DNA from: Anaerolineales bacterium
Lineage (GTDB): Bacteria; Chloroflexota; Anaerolineae; Anaerolineales; DRKV01
DNA length: 58,325 nt
Direction: 5' to 3'
Assembly: GCA_034435695.1 (NCBI GenBank)
Contig: DAOTWV010000060.1
Location: 1 to 58,325 of the forward strand
In this document: positions 36,487 to 46,576 of the stretch, in pieces
How the letters are laid out: each line of letters begins with the position of its first letter
How positions within the stretch are numbered: position 1 is the first letter of the stretch
Notes under the pieces: generated by a model
Told to the model about the DNA's origin: nothing
Databases searched by the model: none
The model's input: the letters and a program-made list of their open reading frames with translations, nothing else
Program-made: the position numbers and the translations under genes

Positions 36487-37893
36487 ATGACGCTGCGTTC
36501 CCGGTTGACGGTGCTGTACATCGTACTCCTGGTGGGGTTGCAACTGGTGTTGGGGGTGACGCTTTACCAGGTTATTTCCGCGACCCTGTTGAAGGATGTG
36601 GATGCTCTGCTGGAAAGCACCTCCAGGCGCGTGCTGGCGCAAATCAATCGTTCGGGCGGGCAGGCTTTTTCCCCTGAGATTTTCGCCCCGCTGGTAGAAG
36701 AATTGGAAGCCGAGCATTTGAATGTGGCTTTACAACTTTGGGGCGTGCAGGAAAATCTGTTGTGGCAATGGCCGGCACAAATCGGGCGTCCCACCAAACC
36801 GCTTTCTCGTTATGACCTTTACCAGCAACACTCGCGCTTCAATACCGTAACCCTGGATGGTGAACGGTTGCGGGTGTTCTCGCTTTACCTGCGGCGGGGC
36901 AACGAACCCTTTGGCGTGCTGCAAATTGGGCAAAGCCTGGCCTTTCTCGACCGCTTGCGAAACGCCATGCTGCGCATTCTGGTCGTGTGGAACCTGGTTA
37001 CGACGCTTGGGGTAGGGCTGTTGGTCTGGACTGCCACGCACCGCATGCTGGAACCTGTAGAAGCCGTAACGCAAACCGCCCTCCAGATTACGCGCGCCGA
37101 TGACCTCTCGCGGCGCATACCCCGCTTTGGCTTGCCGAAACACGATGAAATTGGGCAACTGATTAATGCTTTCAATCAGACCCTGGAGCGCCTGGAGCAA
37201 TTGTTTTGGGTGCAGCGCCGTTTTCTGGAGGATGTCAGCCACGAACTCCGCACGCCTCTTACGGTTATCAAAGGCAATCTGGCGCTTTTGCGGCATGTAC
37301 CGGCGCAAGACCTGGAGTCTGTGGATAGCATCGAAAACGAGGTAGACCGTTTGACGCGCCTGGTAGGTGATTTGCTGGTTTTATCGCGTGCAGAGAGCGG
37401 GAACCTGCCCCTTACCTTCCAATTCATGGAACTGGATACCCTCGTGTTGGAAGTGTTGAGCGACCTCAAGATGGTAGCCGGAGAACGCGTCCAACTGCGC
37501 CTTGGGGAACTCGACCAGGTGGTGTTATGTGCCGACCGCGACCGTTTGAAGCAAGTGCTGGTCAATCTGGTGGGGAATGCCATCCGCTATACCCCTGAAG
37601 GGGGCAGTGTCGAAGTGGGCTTTGGGAGAACGGAAACGCAGGCCTATGTACGGGTGCGAGACACTGGCCCAGGTATTGCACCAGAAGACCTGCCGCACAT
37701 TTTCGAGCGCTTCTACCGCGCAGAAAAAGCCCGAACGCGTTCCAAAGATGGACACGGATTCGGGCTGGGGTTGTCGATAGCCTATTGGATTGTGCACGCC
37801 CACGAAGGGCGTATTGAGGTCGATTCGCAACCCGGAGAGGGGACTACCTTCACGGTGTGGCTCCCCCTTGAACGCCCGGATTGTGCTACTTGA
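36487..37893 (+). CDS. Sensor histidine kinase (2 TM, HAMP, HisKA, HATPase_c)
   Basis: 468 aa, 1 nt after the regulator stop. H-box FLEDVSHELRTPLT, N-box VNLVGNAIRYT, and G-boxes DTGPGI / GFGLGLSI. Confidence 0.93.
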   Translation: MTLRSRLTVLYIVLLVGLQLVLGVTLYQVISATLLKDVDALLESTSRRVLAQINRSGGQAFSPEIFAPLVEELEAEHLNVALQLWGVQENLLWQWPAQIGRPTKPLSRYDLYQQHSRFNTVTLDGERLRVFSLYLRRGNEPFGVLQIGQSLAFLDRLRNAMLRILVVWNLVTTLGVGLLVWTATHRMLEPVEAVTQTALQITRADDLSRRIPRFGLPKHDEIGQLINAFNQTLERLEQLFWVQRRFLEDVSHELRTPLTVIKGNLALLRHVPAQDLESVDSIENEVDRLTRLVGDLLVLSRAESGNLPLTFQFMELDTLVLEVLSDLKMVAGERVQLRLGELDQVVLCADRDRLKQVLVNLVGNAIRYTPEGGSVEVGFGRTETQAYVRVRDTGPGIAPEDLPHIFERFYRAEKARTRSKDGHGFGLGLSIAYWIVHAHEGRIEVDSQPGEGTTFTVWLPLERPDCAT

Positions 37894-38734
37894 TTCCCAG
37901 GGCGTTCCTCGCCTGTTGACATAAACTTGCCCCCCCGGCCTGCAGCCATTCATTCAGGCGGGGGCTTTTCTTTTTTCCGGCGCGGGCATCATCGTAAATT
38001 CCGCTGCCCCAGTACGCATAGCGCACGGTTTCCGCTGCCCAGTTGGCCTCCCCGCGACTTACCCCGCCTATTCCCCCATTGTATCCTGCAAGGGCCAGGC
38101 GCGCGTCATGAGAGAACGCCTCCAATGCCCGGTGCAGATAGGCCAGTCCGCGTTGGGCATTGATTTCTGGCGCAAAGGGGTCTTCTCCTGCCTGGAAGTG
38201 GTAAGGCATCACCTGAAACAGGCCCATTGCCCCAGCACGGGAACGTGCCCGCGGATTACCACAAGATTCGATTTGCATCACAGTGGCTATCAGGTTGGGG
38301 TCCATATTCCACTGACGTGCCCAACGCTGGATGTCCTGGCGCCAATACTGTACTTCCTCGGTAAACAGAGGCGCCAGAGTGCCTTTCTTGTGTGCTGGGG
38401 GCTGGGGAGGTATGGGTTGTTCCGCTGCCAGTGATGCAGTGGCTGGCGCCTCTTGCACTGGCGAGGTGCTCAACACCCACAAGGCAAACAAGACGCCAAA
38501 GAAGAGAGCCACTACAGGAGGAAGTAACATGGGGAAGAAACAACCTCCCGGCGCATTTTCAGACCAGGAGGCTGTTTCAGAGAGATATGGGGGGGAAAGG
38601 GAGGGGGCAGGCCAATCTGTTTCGGGGATGTTTGCCTCTGGGTATGGGTAGTCCTCTTCGTAGTCGGGGTAGTCCCAGTCTGGCTCTTCGTCGTAGTAAG
38701 ATTCGTACTCAGGCCAAAATTCATCCATAATCAT
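37886..38734 (-). CDS. Membrane-anchored lytic transglycosylase (SLT domain)
   Basis: 282 aa. Acidic/aromatic N-terminus, a TM segment (LLPPVVALFFGVLFALWVL), and SLT catalytic context VMQIESCGNPRARSRAGAMGLFQVMPYHF...AGYNGG. The ATG overlaps the upstream stop (ATGA, 38731-34). Confidence 0.85.
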   Translation of the reverse strand: MIMDEFWPEYESYYDEEPDWDYPDYEEDYPYPEANIPETDWPAPSLSPPYLSETASWSENAPGGCFFPMLLPPVVALFFGVLFALWVLSTSPVQEAPATASLAAEQPIPPQPPAHKKGTLAPLFTEEVQYWRQDIQRWARQWNMDPNLIATVMQIESCGNPRARSRAGAMGLFQVMPYHFQAGEDPFAPEINAQRGLAYLHRALEAFSHDARLALAGYNGGIGGVSRGEANWAAETVRYAYWGSGIYDDARAGKKKSPRLNEWLQAGGASLCQQARNALGIK

Positions 38735-39480
38735 CGCCGGGGGTATCGCCGCTGAGAATCGGGGGCGCTCATGGATACCGGGTGATAGGTTGGTTCGGGG
38801 CGGGCGTATGCACCTTCAAGGGGAGCATATTCAGGCTCTTCCCGGTATTGCTGGCGACGGGCAGCGCTTTTCGGTGCTGGACGGAAGGAAGTTGCTGGCG
38901 CCGGATTTCGACGGTTTGCACTGGCTGCTGGACGATAGGCAGGTTGAGGCCGGCGAGGAGACATGGTGTTGCGGGCGCGTTGCTCTGCCTGGCTGAAGAG
39001 ACGGTCTCCGGCGACAGAGAATGTGCCAATGATGAGCACCCGAATAAGCCACACCATGATGGCAACGAAAATGGGCACTACTTTGAGCAACGTCTCGCGG
39101 GCAATTACGGCATTTCCCAGTGTTTCATGGTTCAGAATGGCGATGGATACGCCCCACCAGGTGAGCATGGCATTCATTGCAGCAGCCAGCAGCCATGCAC
39201 CAAACAAATACCAGATTTCTGCTGGTTCGTCTGCGCCTTGCTCGGGTGTGAACAGGCGGGCAATACCGGCAAAGTCAATACCACAAAAAGCAATGGCCAG
39301 GATGCTTGCCCAGCGAATACCGATAAATTGCAGGTCGCCAAGCAAATCTCCCAGGGCAAATTCGGTGGTGCTGAAATTGAACAACTCAAATGCCAGCAGG
39401 GCAGCGATGATGAGCACCCCGAATAACATACCGCGCTGCATACGCAGACGGCGAAGGGCAAATGGAACGGCGCGATTCAT
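38731..39480 (-). CDS. Integral membrane protein with an Arg/Pro-rich C-terminal tail, function unknown
   Basis: 249 aa with a GGAGG RBS 6 nt upstream. About 5 TM segments, then a low-complexity tail (RRPQPAYRPAASANRRNPAPATSFRPAPKSAARRQQYREEPEY...). Confidence 0.65.
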   Translation of the reverse strand: MNRAVPFALRRLRMQRGMLFGVLIIAALLAFELFNFSTTEFALGDLLGDLQFIGIRWASILAIAFCGIDFAGIARLFTPEQGADEPAEIWYLFGAWLLAAAMNAMLTWWGVSIAILNHETLGNAVIARETLLKVVPIFVAIMVWLIRVLIIGTFSVAGDRLFSQAEQRARNTMSPRRPQPAYRPAASANRRNPAPATSFRPAPKSAARRQQYREEPEYAPLEGAYARPEPTYHPVSMSAPDSQRRYPRR

Positions 39481-39596
39481 GAGAAACCTCCAGGGTAATC
39501 AGGCTCCGGCCAATGCCGGATAGGGCAAACCGGGCAGGTAGGTTTTCGGCGCGCAGGTACCTGATTGAAAAAAACATGCATTGCAATGGTATTTAG

Positions 39597-39650
39597 TTTA
39601 TAGCACAATTGTTCTATATTTGTCAAGGAAAAAGTAGAACGAATTTTCTA
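39597..39650 (-). promoter_or_regulatory. Consensus promoter overlapped by two TAGAAC-N4-GTTCTA-like palindromic operators
   Basis: The minus strand reads TTGACA (39626-21), an 18-nt spacer, then TATAAA (39602-39597). Box 1 is TAGCACAATTGTTCTA (39601-16) inside the spacer. Box 2 is TAGAACGAATTTTCTA (39635-50) just upstream of the -35. Each box is one mismatch from GAAC-N4-GTTC. Confidence 0.55.
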
Positions 39651-39855
39651 TGCTTGCGACCAGGGTGCCCCGAGGCCTCCGTAAGGGGGGAGCACTAAAA
39701 ATGTGTTGGAAGGTACACGCTCCACCCGGCGATTATCCCCCCGCGGCGATGCCTGCGAAGCATCCCGCGCGGAAACGGCGGTCTGAGCATGCTCGAAGTG
39801 ATTTCAGCCGCCGCGCAGTTCAACCAACAACCTTTTCGTGCTCCTCCGTGATGGC

Positions 39856-40341
39856 TCAAGACAGAATATCGTCTTGCCCACAGGGATAGAAGTACACTTC
39901 GTGCCGCTGCAAACGCCCATCCTGGTACACGAATTTGGCCGAGAAGAAACGTTCCTGGGAAAGCCAGGGAATGAAAATGCGGTCTCCCTCCCATAAAGGC
40001 AAATCCAGCAACTCGGTATCCGGAATCCAGCGCAATACCCCCTCGCGCGAATCAATTAGACTGCCCTCAAATTGGGTGGCCGTAAATACGAACACATACC
40101 AGTCATCCAGCGCATCGAAAGCGGGGAACGTAATTACCCCGTGCAGGCGCGGGTGTTGAATGCGCAGTCCGCTTTCCTCATACACTTCGCGGATGACGCA
40201 TTCCTCCGGGCTTTCGCCTGGTTCGAGTTTCCCGCCCAGGCCGTTCCACTTGCCCTGATGCATGTCATTTGCTTTTTTGATGCGGTGTAGCATCAGCGTA
40301 TGTTCATTTGCGCGCAGGTAACACAGGGTTGCCAGTTTCAT
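39856..40341 (-). CDS. NUDIX hydrolase (MutT-like)
   Basis: 161 aa with an AGAGG RBS. Nudix box GGKLEPGESPEECVIREVYEESGL. Confidence 0.88.
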   Translation of the reverse strand: MKLATLCYLRANEHTLMLHRIKKANDMHQGKWNGLGGKLEPGESPEECVIREVYEESGLRIQHPRLHGVITFPAFDALDDWYVFVFTATQFEGSLIDSREGVLRWIPDTELLDLPLWEGDRIFIPWLSQERFFSAKFVYQDGRLQRHEVYFYPCGQDDILS

Positions 40342-40497
40342 GAGTACCTCTTTTTAGGGAAAAGAATGTCACGGAGCATTGTAGCACCGATTGAAGGGGA
40401 GCGAAGGAATGGAGGAAAGTAGTTTTTCGTATGCGGCTTGCCTGTTGTTGGGTATAGCAGCAATATCAGCGTTTTGTAAGAATTTGTATACCCCTCC

Positions 40498-40527
40498 TTG
40501 ACTTTCCCGGTTGCTTACGAGTATGAT
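40498..40527 (+). promoter_or_regulatory. groESL promoter
   Basis: TTGACT (40498-503), an 18-nt spacer, then TATGAT (40522-27), followed directly by CIRCE. Confidence 0.55.
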
Positions 40528-40538
40528 TAGCAGCGCAT

Positions 40539-40565
40539 TTAGCACTCTGTTATCGTGAGTGCTAA
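40539..40565. promoter_or_regulatory. CIRCE operator (HrcA binding site)
   Basis: Perfect consensus TTAGCACTC-N9-GAGTGCTAA upstream of groES. Confidence 0.95.
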
Positions 40566-40617
40566 ACGATTGAAACTACCTGCGAAATCCAACCTTGTTT
40601 CCTCACAGGAGGTGTCT

Positions 40618-40914
40618 ATGTCCATCACACTCAAGCCCCTGGGCAACCGTGTTGTGATTAAACCCATCGAAGATGAAGGCAAGACTGCTGGCGGTATCTT
40701 CTTGCCCGACAATGCCAAAGAAAAACCCCAAAAAGGTACCGTCCTGGCTGTTGGTCCTGGCGAACGCGATGACAGCGGCAAACGCATTCCGTTGGATGTA
40801 GCCGAGGGCGATACCGTTTTGTTCGCCAAATACGCCGGTACCGAAATCAAGATTGACGGCGAGAAATTGCTCATCATGCGCGAAAGCGACCTGCTCGCCA
40901 TTGTGAAAGAGTAA
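40618..40914 (+). CDS. groES: Co-chaperonin GroES
   Basis: The internal ATG at 40618 follows a GGAGG RBS and gives [48 protein letters not shown]. Confidence 0.96.
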   Translation: MSITLKPLGNRVVIKPIEDEGKTAGGIFLPDNAKEKPQKGTVLAVGPGERDDSGKRIPLDVAEGDTVLFAKYAGTEIKIDGEKLLIMRESDLLAIVKE

Positions 40915-40990
40915 ATTTTCCGGGCAATCTTGCCCCCCGGTTGTGTAAACGGAAGCACCAAACCATAAAAAGTAAAAGGAGCAACAACCT

Positions 40991-42622
<1,632 letters not shown>

Positions 42623-42641
42623 AAAACGGCTGGTAAATCTG

Positions 42642-42676
42642 ACGTGCGGCGGAAATACCCTCCGCCGCACGTTTTT
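42642..42676 (+). terminator. Intrinsic terminator after groEL
   Basis: ACGTGCGGCGGA-AATACCC-TCCGCCGCACGT is a perfect 12-bp stem followed by TTTT. Confidence 0.85.
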
Positions 42677-42678
42677 CC

Positions 42679-42707
42679 TTTACAAAACATGCGCTTCGTG
42701 CTACAAT
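42679..42707 (+). promoter_or_regulatory. Strong promoter upstream of the rnj leader
   Basis: TTTACA (42679-84), a 17-nt spacer, then TACAAT (42702-07). This is about 285 nt upstream of the rnj ATG. Confidence 0.6.
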
Positions 42708-42809
42708 CCGCCCGGCTTCAAACCGGCCTTTTGGCCTTGTAGTGATTTGTTAGGTTATCTGGCATCATTTTTTCAGATTTTCTCTTCACTTTCTGGCATT
42801 GTTACGTTT

Positions 42810-42851
42810 CGCCCTGGCCGGTGGTATCTGCACAGGGCGCTTTCTTTTTTT
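42810..42851 (+). terminator. Terminator-like hairpin inside the rnj leader (attenuator, or the 3' end of a small RNA)
   Basis: CGCCCTG-16 nt-CAGGGCG (42810-42839) followed by CTTTCTTTTTTT (42840-51). Confidence 0.45.
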
Positions 42852-42992
42852 AGGGTTTCGACCCACATGGGGGCGCAGAGTTTCACCTGCCATCAGGCAC
42901 GGTATGCTTTGCTTCCTTCCCCATCCCACAATTTTGACTCCTTCGGCCTGCATGGGCAGGTCGTTTAAACAACAAAGTAGAGGTTTTTGCAC

Positions 42993-44636
42993 ATGAACAA
43001 TGAAATATTGCGTATTATCCCGATTGGTGGCTTAGGTGAAATTGGGAAAAACATGACTGCCATTGAATACGGCGAGGACATCCTCGTCATCGATACGGGC
43101 ATCATGTTCCCTGAGAACGATATGTTGGGGATTGATTACATCATCCCCGATTTCCAGTATCTGTTGGAACGGCGTGACCGCGTGCGCGCCATCGTCATCA
43201 CCCACGGACACGAAGACCACACCGGCGCACTGCCGCACGTTTTGCAGGATATCAACGTGCCCATTTACGCCACACGCTTGACACGTGGCTTGCTGGAAGT
43301 CAAACTGGCACGCAGGGGCATGTCCGGCATGGCTGACCTGCACACCGTCAATGCCGGGGATGTTATCAAGGCCGGCCCCTTCAGCGTAGAATTCTTCCAC
43401 GTATGCCACTCCATCCCCGATGCCACAGGGGTGGCTATCGAAACCCCCGCCGGCCTGATTGTGCACTCTGGCGATTACAAATTTGACCCCACACCGGTGG
43501 ACGGCTGGCCTCCCGACTATGCCAAACTTGGCGAACTGGCCGGGCGCGGCGTACTGGCTTTGCTGGCCGATTCCACAAACGCCGACAAAGCCGGCTGGAC
43601 CCCCTCGGAGCGTGTCATTGAACCTGCCTTTGAGCAGGTCTTCCGGGAGGCCCCCGGACGCATTCTGGTTGCCACCTTTGCCTCCTTGATTTCCCGCATG
43701 CAGCAGGTGGCCAACGTCACCCAGCGCATGGGGCGCAAGATGGCCTTTGTGGGTACCAGCATGCGTGAAAACGCAAAAATGGCGCGTAAAATGGGCTACC
43801 TGGATATCCCCGATGACCTGGTGGTTAGCGTAGACCAGGCCCTCAAGATGCCTCCCAGCCATGTGGTCTTGATGTGTACCGGCTCACAGGGGGAACCGTC
43901 TTCCATCATGGGACGCCTCTCGACAGGACGCAACCGCCAGTTCCAGATTGAGGAAGGGGATACGGTCATCCTGTCCTCTCATCCCATCCCTGGCAACGAA
44001 GAGACGGTGTACCGTACCATCAACCGCCTGTTGCAGCGCGGCGCAGAGGTGATTTATGACCCCATCGCTCCGGTGCATGTCTCCGGGCATGCCAGCCAGG
44101 AAGAGATGAAATTGCTCATCCAATTGTTGCGCCCCAAATACCTGATACCGGTACACGGGGAACTGCGCCACCTGCGCATGCACCGTAACCTGGCCGTGCA
44201 GTTGGGCATGTCCCCGGAAAACGTGGCCGTTGTAGAAAACGGGCAAACGATTGAATTCGTCAACGGAGAAATGCGCCTTGGGGAACGCATCCCCGGAGGG
44301 TATGTCTTCGTGGATGGTTCTGGCGTGGGCGACATCGTTCCCAGCGTGGTACGCGACCGTGAGCGCCTGGCGGATGACGGCGTTGTCATCGTCAACCTGG
44401 TGGTGGATAAATTCACCGGCGATTTGGTGGGTGAGCCGCTGATTCGTACCAAAGGGTTCGTTTATGAACGCGAAGCCGGCGATTTGCTGGACGGCGCGGA
44501 ACGCGAAATTCGCAAGGCGCTTACCCGCAACCTGAACGGGAAAATGGAGCGCCATCTGGAAGACCGCCTGCGCGGCTTCTTCTACAGCGAAACGCAGCGC
44601 CGCCCGGTGCTGTTTGTCAACGTGCAGAAAGTCTAG
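42993..44636 (+). CDS. rnj: Ribonuclease J
   Basis: ATG at 42993 gives MNNEILRIIPIGGLGEIGKNMTAIEYGEDILVIDTG. It has the metallo-beta-lactamase motif ITHGHEDHTGALP, beta-CASP, and the RNase J C-terminal domain. Confidence 0.93.
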   Translation: MNNEILRIIPIGGLGEIGKNMTAIEYGEDILVIDTGIMFPENDMLGIDYIIPDFQYLLERRDRVRAIVITHGHEDHTGALPHVLQDINVPIYATRLTRGLLEVKLARRGMSGMADLHTVNAGDVIKAGPFSVEFFHVCHSIPDATGVAIETPAGLIVHSGDYKFDPTPVDGWPPDYAKLGELAGRGVLALLADSTNADKAGWTPSERVIEPAFEQVFREAPGRILVATFASLISRMQQVANVTQRMGRKMAFVGTSMRENAKMARKMGYLDIPDDLVVSVDQALKMPPSHVVLMCTGSQGEPSSIMGRLSTGRNRQFQIEEGDTVILSSHPIPGNEETVYRTINRLLQRGAEVIYDPIAPVHVSGHASQEEMKLLIQLLRPKYLIPVHGELRHLRMHRNLAVQLGMSPENVAVVENGQTIEFVNGEMRLGERIPGGYVFVDGSGVGDIVPSVVRDRERLADDGVVIVNLVVDKFTGDLVGEPLIRTKGFVYEREAGDLLDGAEREIRKALTRNLNGKMERHLEDRLRGFFYSETQRRPVLFVNVQKV

Positions 44637-44653
44637 CCCCAACAGCATGCAAA

Positions 44654-44691
44654 CGGGGTTCGCACCATTGGCGCGAACCCCGTTTTTTTTT
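44654..44691. terminator. Bidirectional intrinsic terminator between rnj and pcm
   Basis: CGGGGTTCGC-9 nt-GCGAACCCCG followed by a T9 run and preceded by AAA. Confidence 0.85.
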
Positions 44692-44721
44692 CTGATGTAC
44701 CCGAGGCAAAGCAGTTTTGCT

Positions 44722-45381
44722 TCAGGAACGTTCCTCAGGCCAGCCTTGCTTGCCAATCAATGGCACAAATGCCACTGGGGCCACGACCTGCCGGCGAAAG
44801 CCCTGGGGGGTATGTTGCCAGCATTCCAGGTACTGCATTCCCCGGCTGCCCACCGGAATGACGATTTTCCCCCCTGGGCGCACCTGTGCCTTGAGCGCCT
44901 CAGGAACCTCTGGCGCGGCGGCGGTGACCAGCACCCCATCGTAGGGCGCGTGCTCCACCCACCCCAGGGAACCATCCCCCACGCGCAGGTGGACGTTCTC
45001 TATGCCCAGGGCTTGCAGCCGTACCCGGGCATTTCGTGACAGCGCGGCCTTCCGCTCGATGCTGTACACTTCGGCAGCCAGGTGCGCCAGGATGGCCGTC
45101 TGGTAGCCAGAACCGGTACCGATTTCCAGCACGCGTTCCTCTCCTTGCAAGTCCAGTAAGGCGCTCATCAAAGCCACGATGTATGGCTGGGAAATGGTCT
45201 GCCCATACCCGATGGGCAGTGGCCCATCGCTGTACGCCCATTCCTGGTATTCCGGCAACACGAATACATGGCGGGGCACCGTGCGCATGGCTTCCAGCAC
45301 GCGTGCATTGGTGATGCCGCGCTGGGCGACTTGCTGTTCCACCATCAAGAGGCGCTGGCGGTGGTAACTCTCCTCATCCAT
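44722..45381 (-). CDS. pcm: Protein-L-isoaspartate O-methyltransferase
   Basis: 219 aa. VPRHVFV...AY.D.PLPIGYGQTISQPYIVALM...VLEIGTGSGYQTAILA. Confidence 0.93.
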   Translation of the reverse strand: MDEESYHRQRLLMVEQQVAQRGITNARVLEAMRTVPRHVFVLPEYQEWAYSDGPLPIGYGQTISQPYIVALMSALLDLQGEERVLEIGTGSGYQTAILAHLAAEVYSIERKAALSRNARVRLQALGIENVHLRVGDGSLGWVEHAPYDGVLVTAAAPEVPEALKAQVRPGGKIVIPVGSRGMQYLECWQHTPQGFRRQVVAPVAFVPLIGKQGWPEERS

Positions 45382-46372
45382 TGTGCAGGGTGGTAATCAA
45401 GTGTTTCCAGAAGGCATCGCGCTTTCCAGGGATGTAGGGCATGTACAGGGTCAGGCGGTCGGAGAGGCCGCGGTAGCGTTCCAGCAGGATGTGGGGAACC
45501 TCTTCGGGAGCGGCAACCACTGCGAAGGTGTTCAGCATTTCCTCGCTAATCAGGGCGGGCATCTCCGTCCAGCGGCCGCGCGCTGCCAGCATGGATAGTT
45601 TCTCGGCTTCTGTCTCCCATCCGTGCAGGCGCATGACTGCCCGGTAAGAGGGGGTGGAAGCGTAGAAGGCAATCTGTTGTCGGGCGTAGGCGGTTTCTTC
45701 GGGGGTGGTGGCGACGAAAACGGTGGTGGATAGCCGGGCGCGTGGCCGGCCGCTGCGCTGCGCACCCTCTTCGATAGCCGGGATGAGCACCTCCCGCAAA
45801 TAGCGTGGCGTGTGGAAGGGGTGGACGTGGAAGCCATCGGCTACCTCTCCAGCCAGGCGCGCCATGGCAATGTTCACGCCGGCGATGTAGATGGGAATTT
45901 CGGGGTGTTCGATAGGCCCTGGATTGAAGAAGGGAGTCATCAGGTTCAGCCGATAGTACTTGCCCTGAAAATCCAGTTTTTCGCCCATTTGCCAGGCATC
46001 CCAGAAGGTGCGGATGGCCTGGATTTGTTCGCGGAATTTCCCTACAGGAGAATCCGGCCATTCCATGCCGAAACGGCGTTTGATGTGTGCCTTTACCTGC
46101 GTCCCCAGCCCCAGGATGAAGCGCCCCTCCGATGCGCTGGCCAAATCCCAGGCCGTGTAGGCCATCGTGGCTGGGCTGCGGGCAAAACCCACCGCAATGG
46201 CCGTGCCGAATTGCAATTTTTGCGTATGTTCGGCTATCAGCGCCCCCGGCAAGAAGGGGTCGTGCTGGGTCTCCGTGCTCCACAGGGCGTCGAATCCCAT
46301 CGCTTCCACACTGCGGGCAATGGCGGGGATGTGTTTCAGCCCGATGGGACCTAAGGTGGTGTCTACGAACAT
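45374..46372 (-). CDS. Luciferase-like (LLM class), probably F420-dependent, oxidoreductase
   Basis: The internal ATG at 46372 follows an AGGAGG RBS and gives MFVDTTLGPIGLKHIPAIARSVEAMGFDALWSTETQHDPF...LGLGTQVKAHI. The 3' end overlaps the pcm start by 8 nt. Confidence 0.75.
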   Translation of the reverse strand: MFVDTTLGPIGLKHIPAIARSVEAMGFDALWSTETQHDPFLPGALIAEHTQKLQFGTAIAVGFARSPATMAYTAWDLASASEGRFILGLGTQVKAHIKRRFGMEWPDSPVGKFREQIQAIRTFWDAWQMGEKLDFQGKYYRLNLMTPFFNPGPIEHPEIPIYIAGVNIAMARLAGEVADGFHVHPFHTPRYLREVLIPAIEEGAQRSGRPRARLSTTVFVATTPEETAYARQQIAFYASTPSYRAVMRLHGWETEAEKLSMLAARGRWTEMPALISEEMLNTFAVVAAPEEVPHILLERYRGLSDRLTLYMPYIPGKRDAFWKHLITTLHNG

Positions 46373-46576
46373 GGCGATGCCTCCTGTTATCTGAAACGGG
46401 TGCGGAGGACGGCGCCATACTGCCGGCATTCATGTGGTGCCCCCACGCCTCCCAGCCTGGTGCAGATGTGCCGCCCCGGATGTGAAAAGTATACCAAAAG
46501 CGCGGTACAATGTTCCCGCTATGGGACGCCGTTTCTTTCACTATTCGATGGTGCGTACCTTTGCTGGATGTACTTC

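Noticed and set aside
39685-39847. Assignment of the structured element to a known RNA class (SRP, 6S, tmRNA, RNase P, ydaO, ykkC, ZTP, cobalamin)
   Set aside because: The conserved core sequences of these classes are not present by eye. Only a partial resemblance to the ykkC 3' segment was seen, without the 5' CUAGGGUUCCG / GGUCCGAGAG elements. It is left unclassified.
39650-39889. 79-aa plus-strand ORF across the structured GC-rich element
   Set aside because: It has an Arg/Pro/Ala-rich composition and no RBS, and it overlaps the NUDIX gene end on the opposite strand. The region is better explained as structured non-coding sequence.
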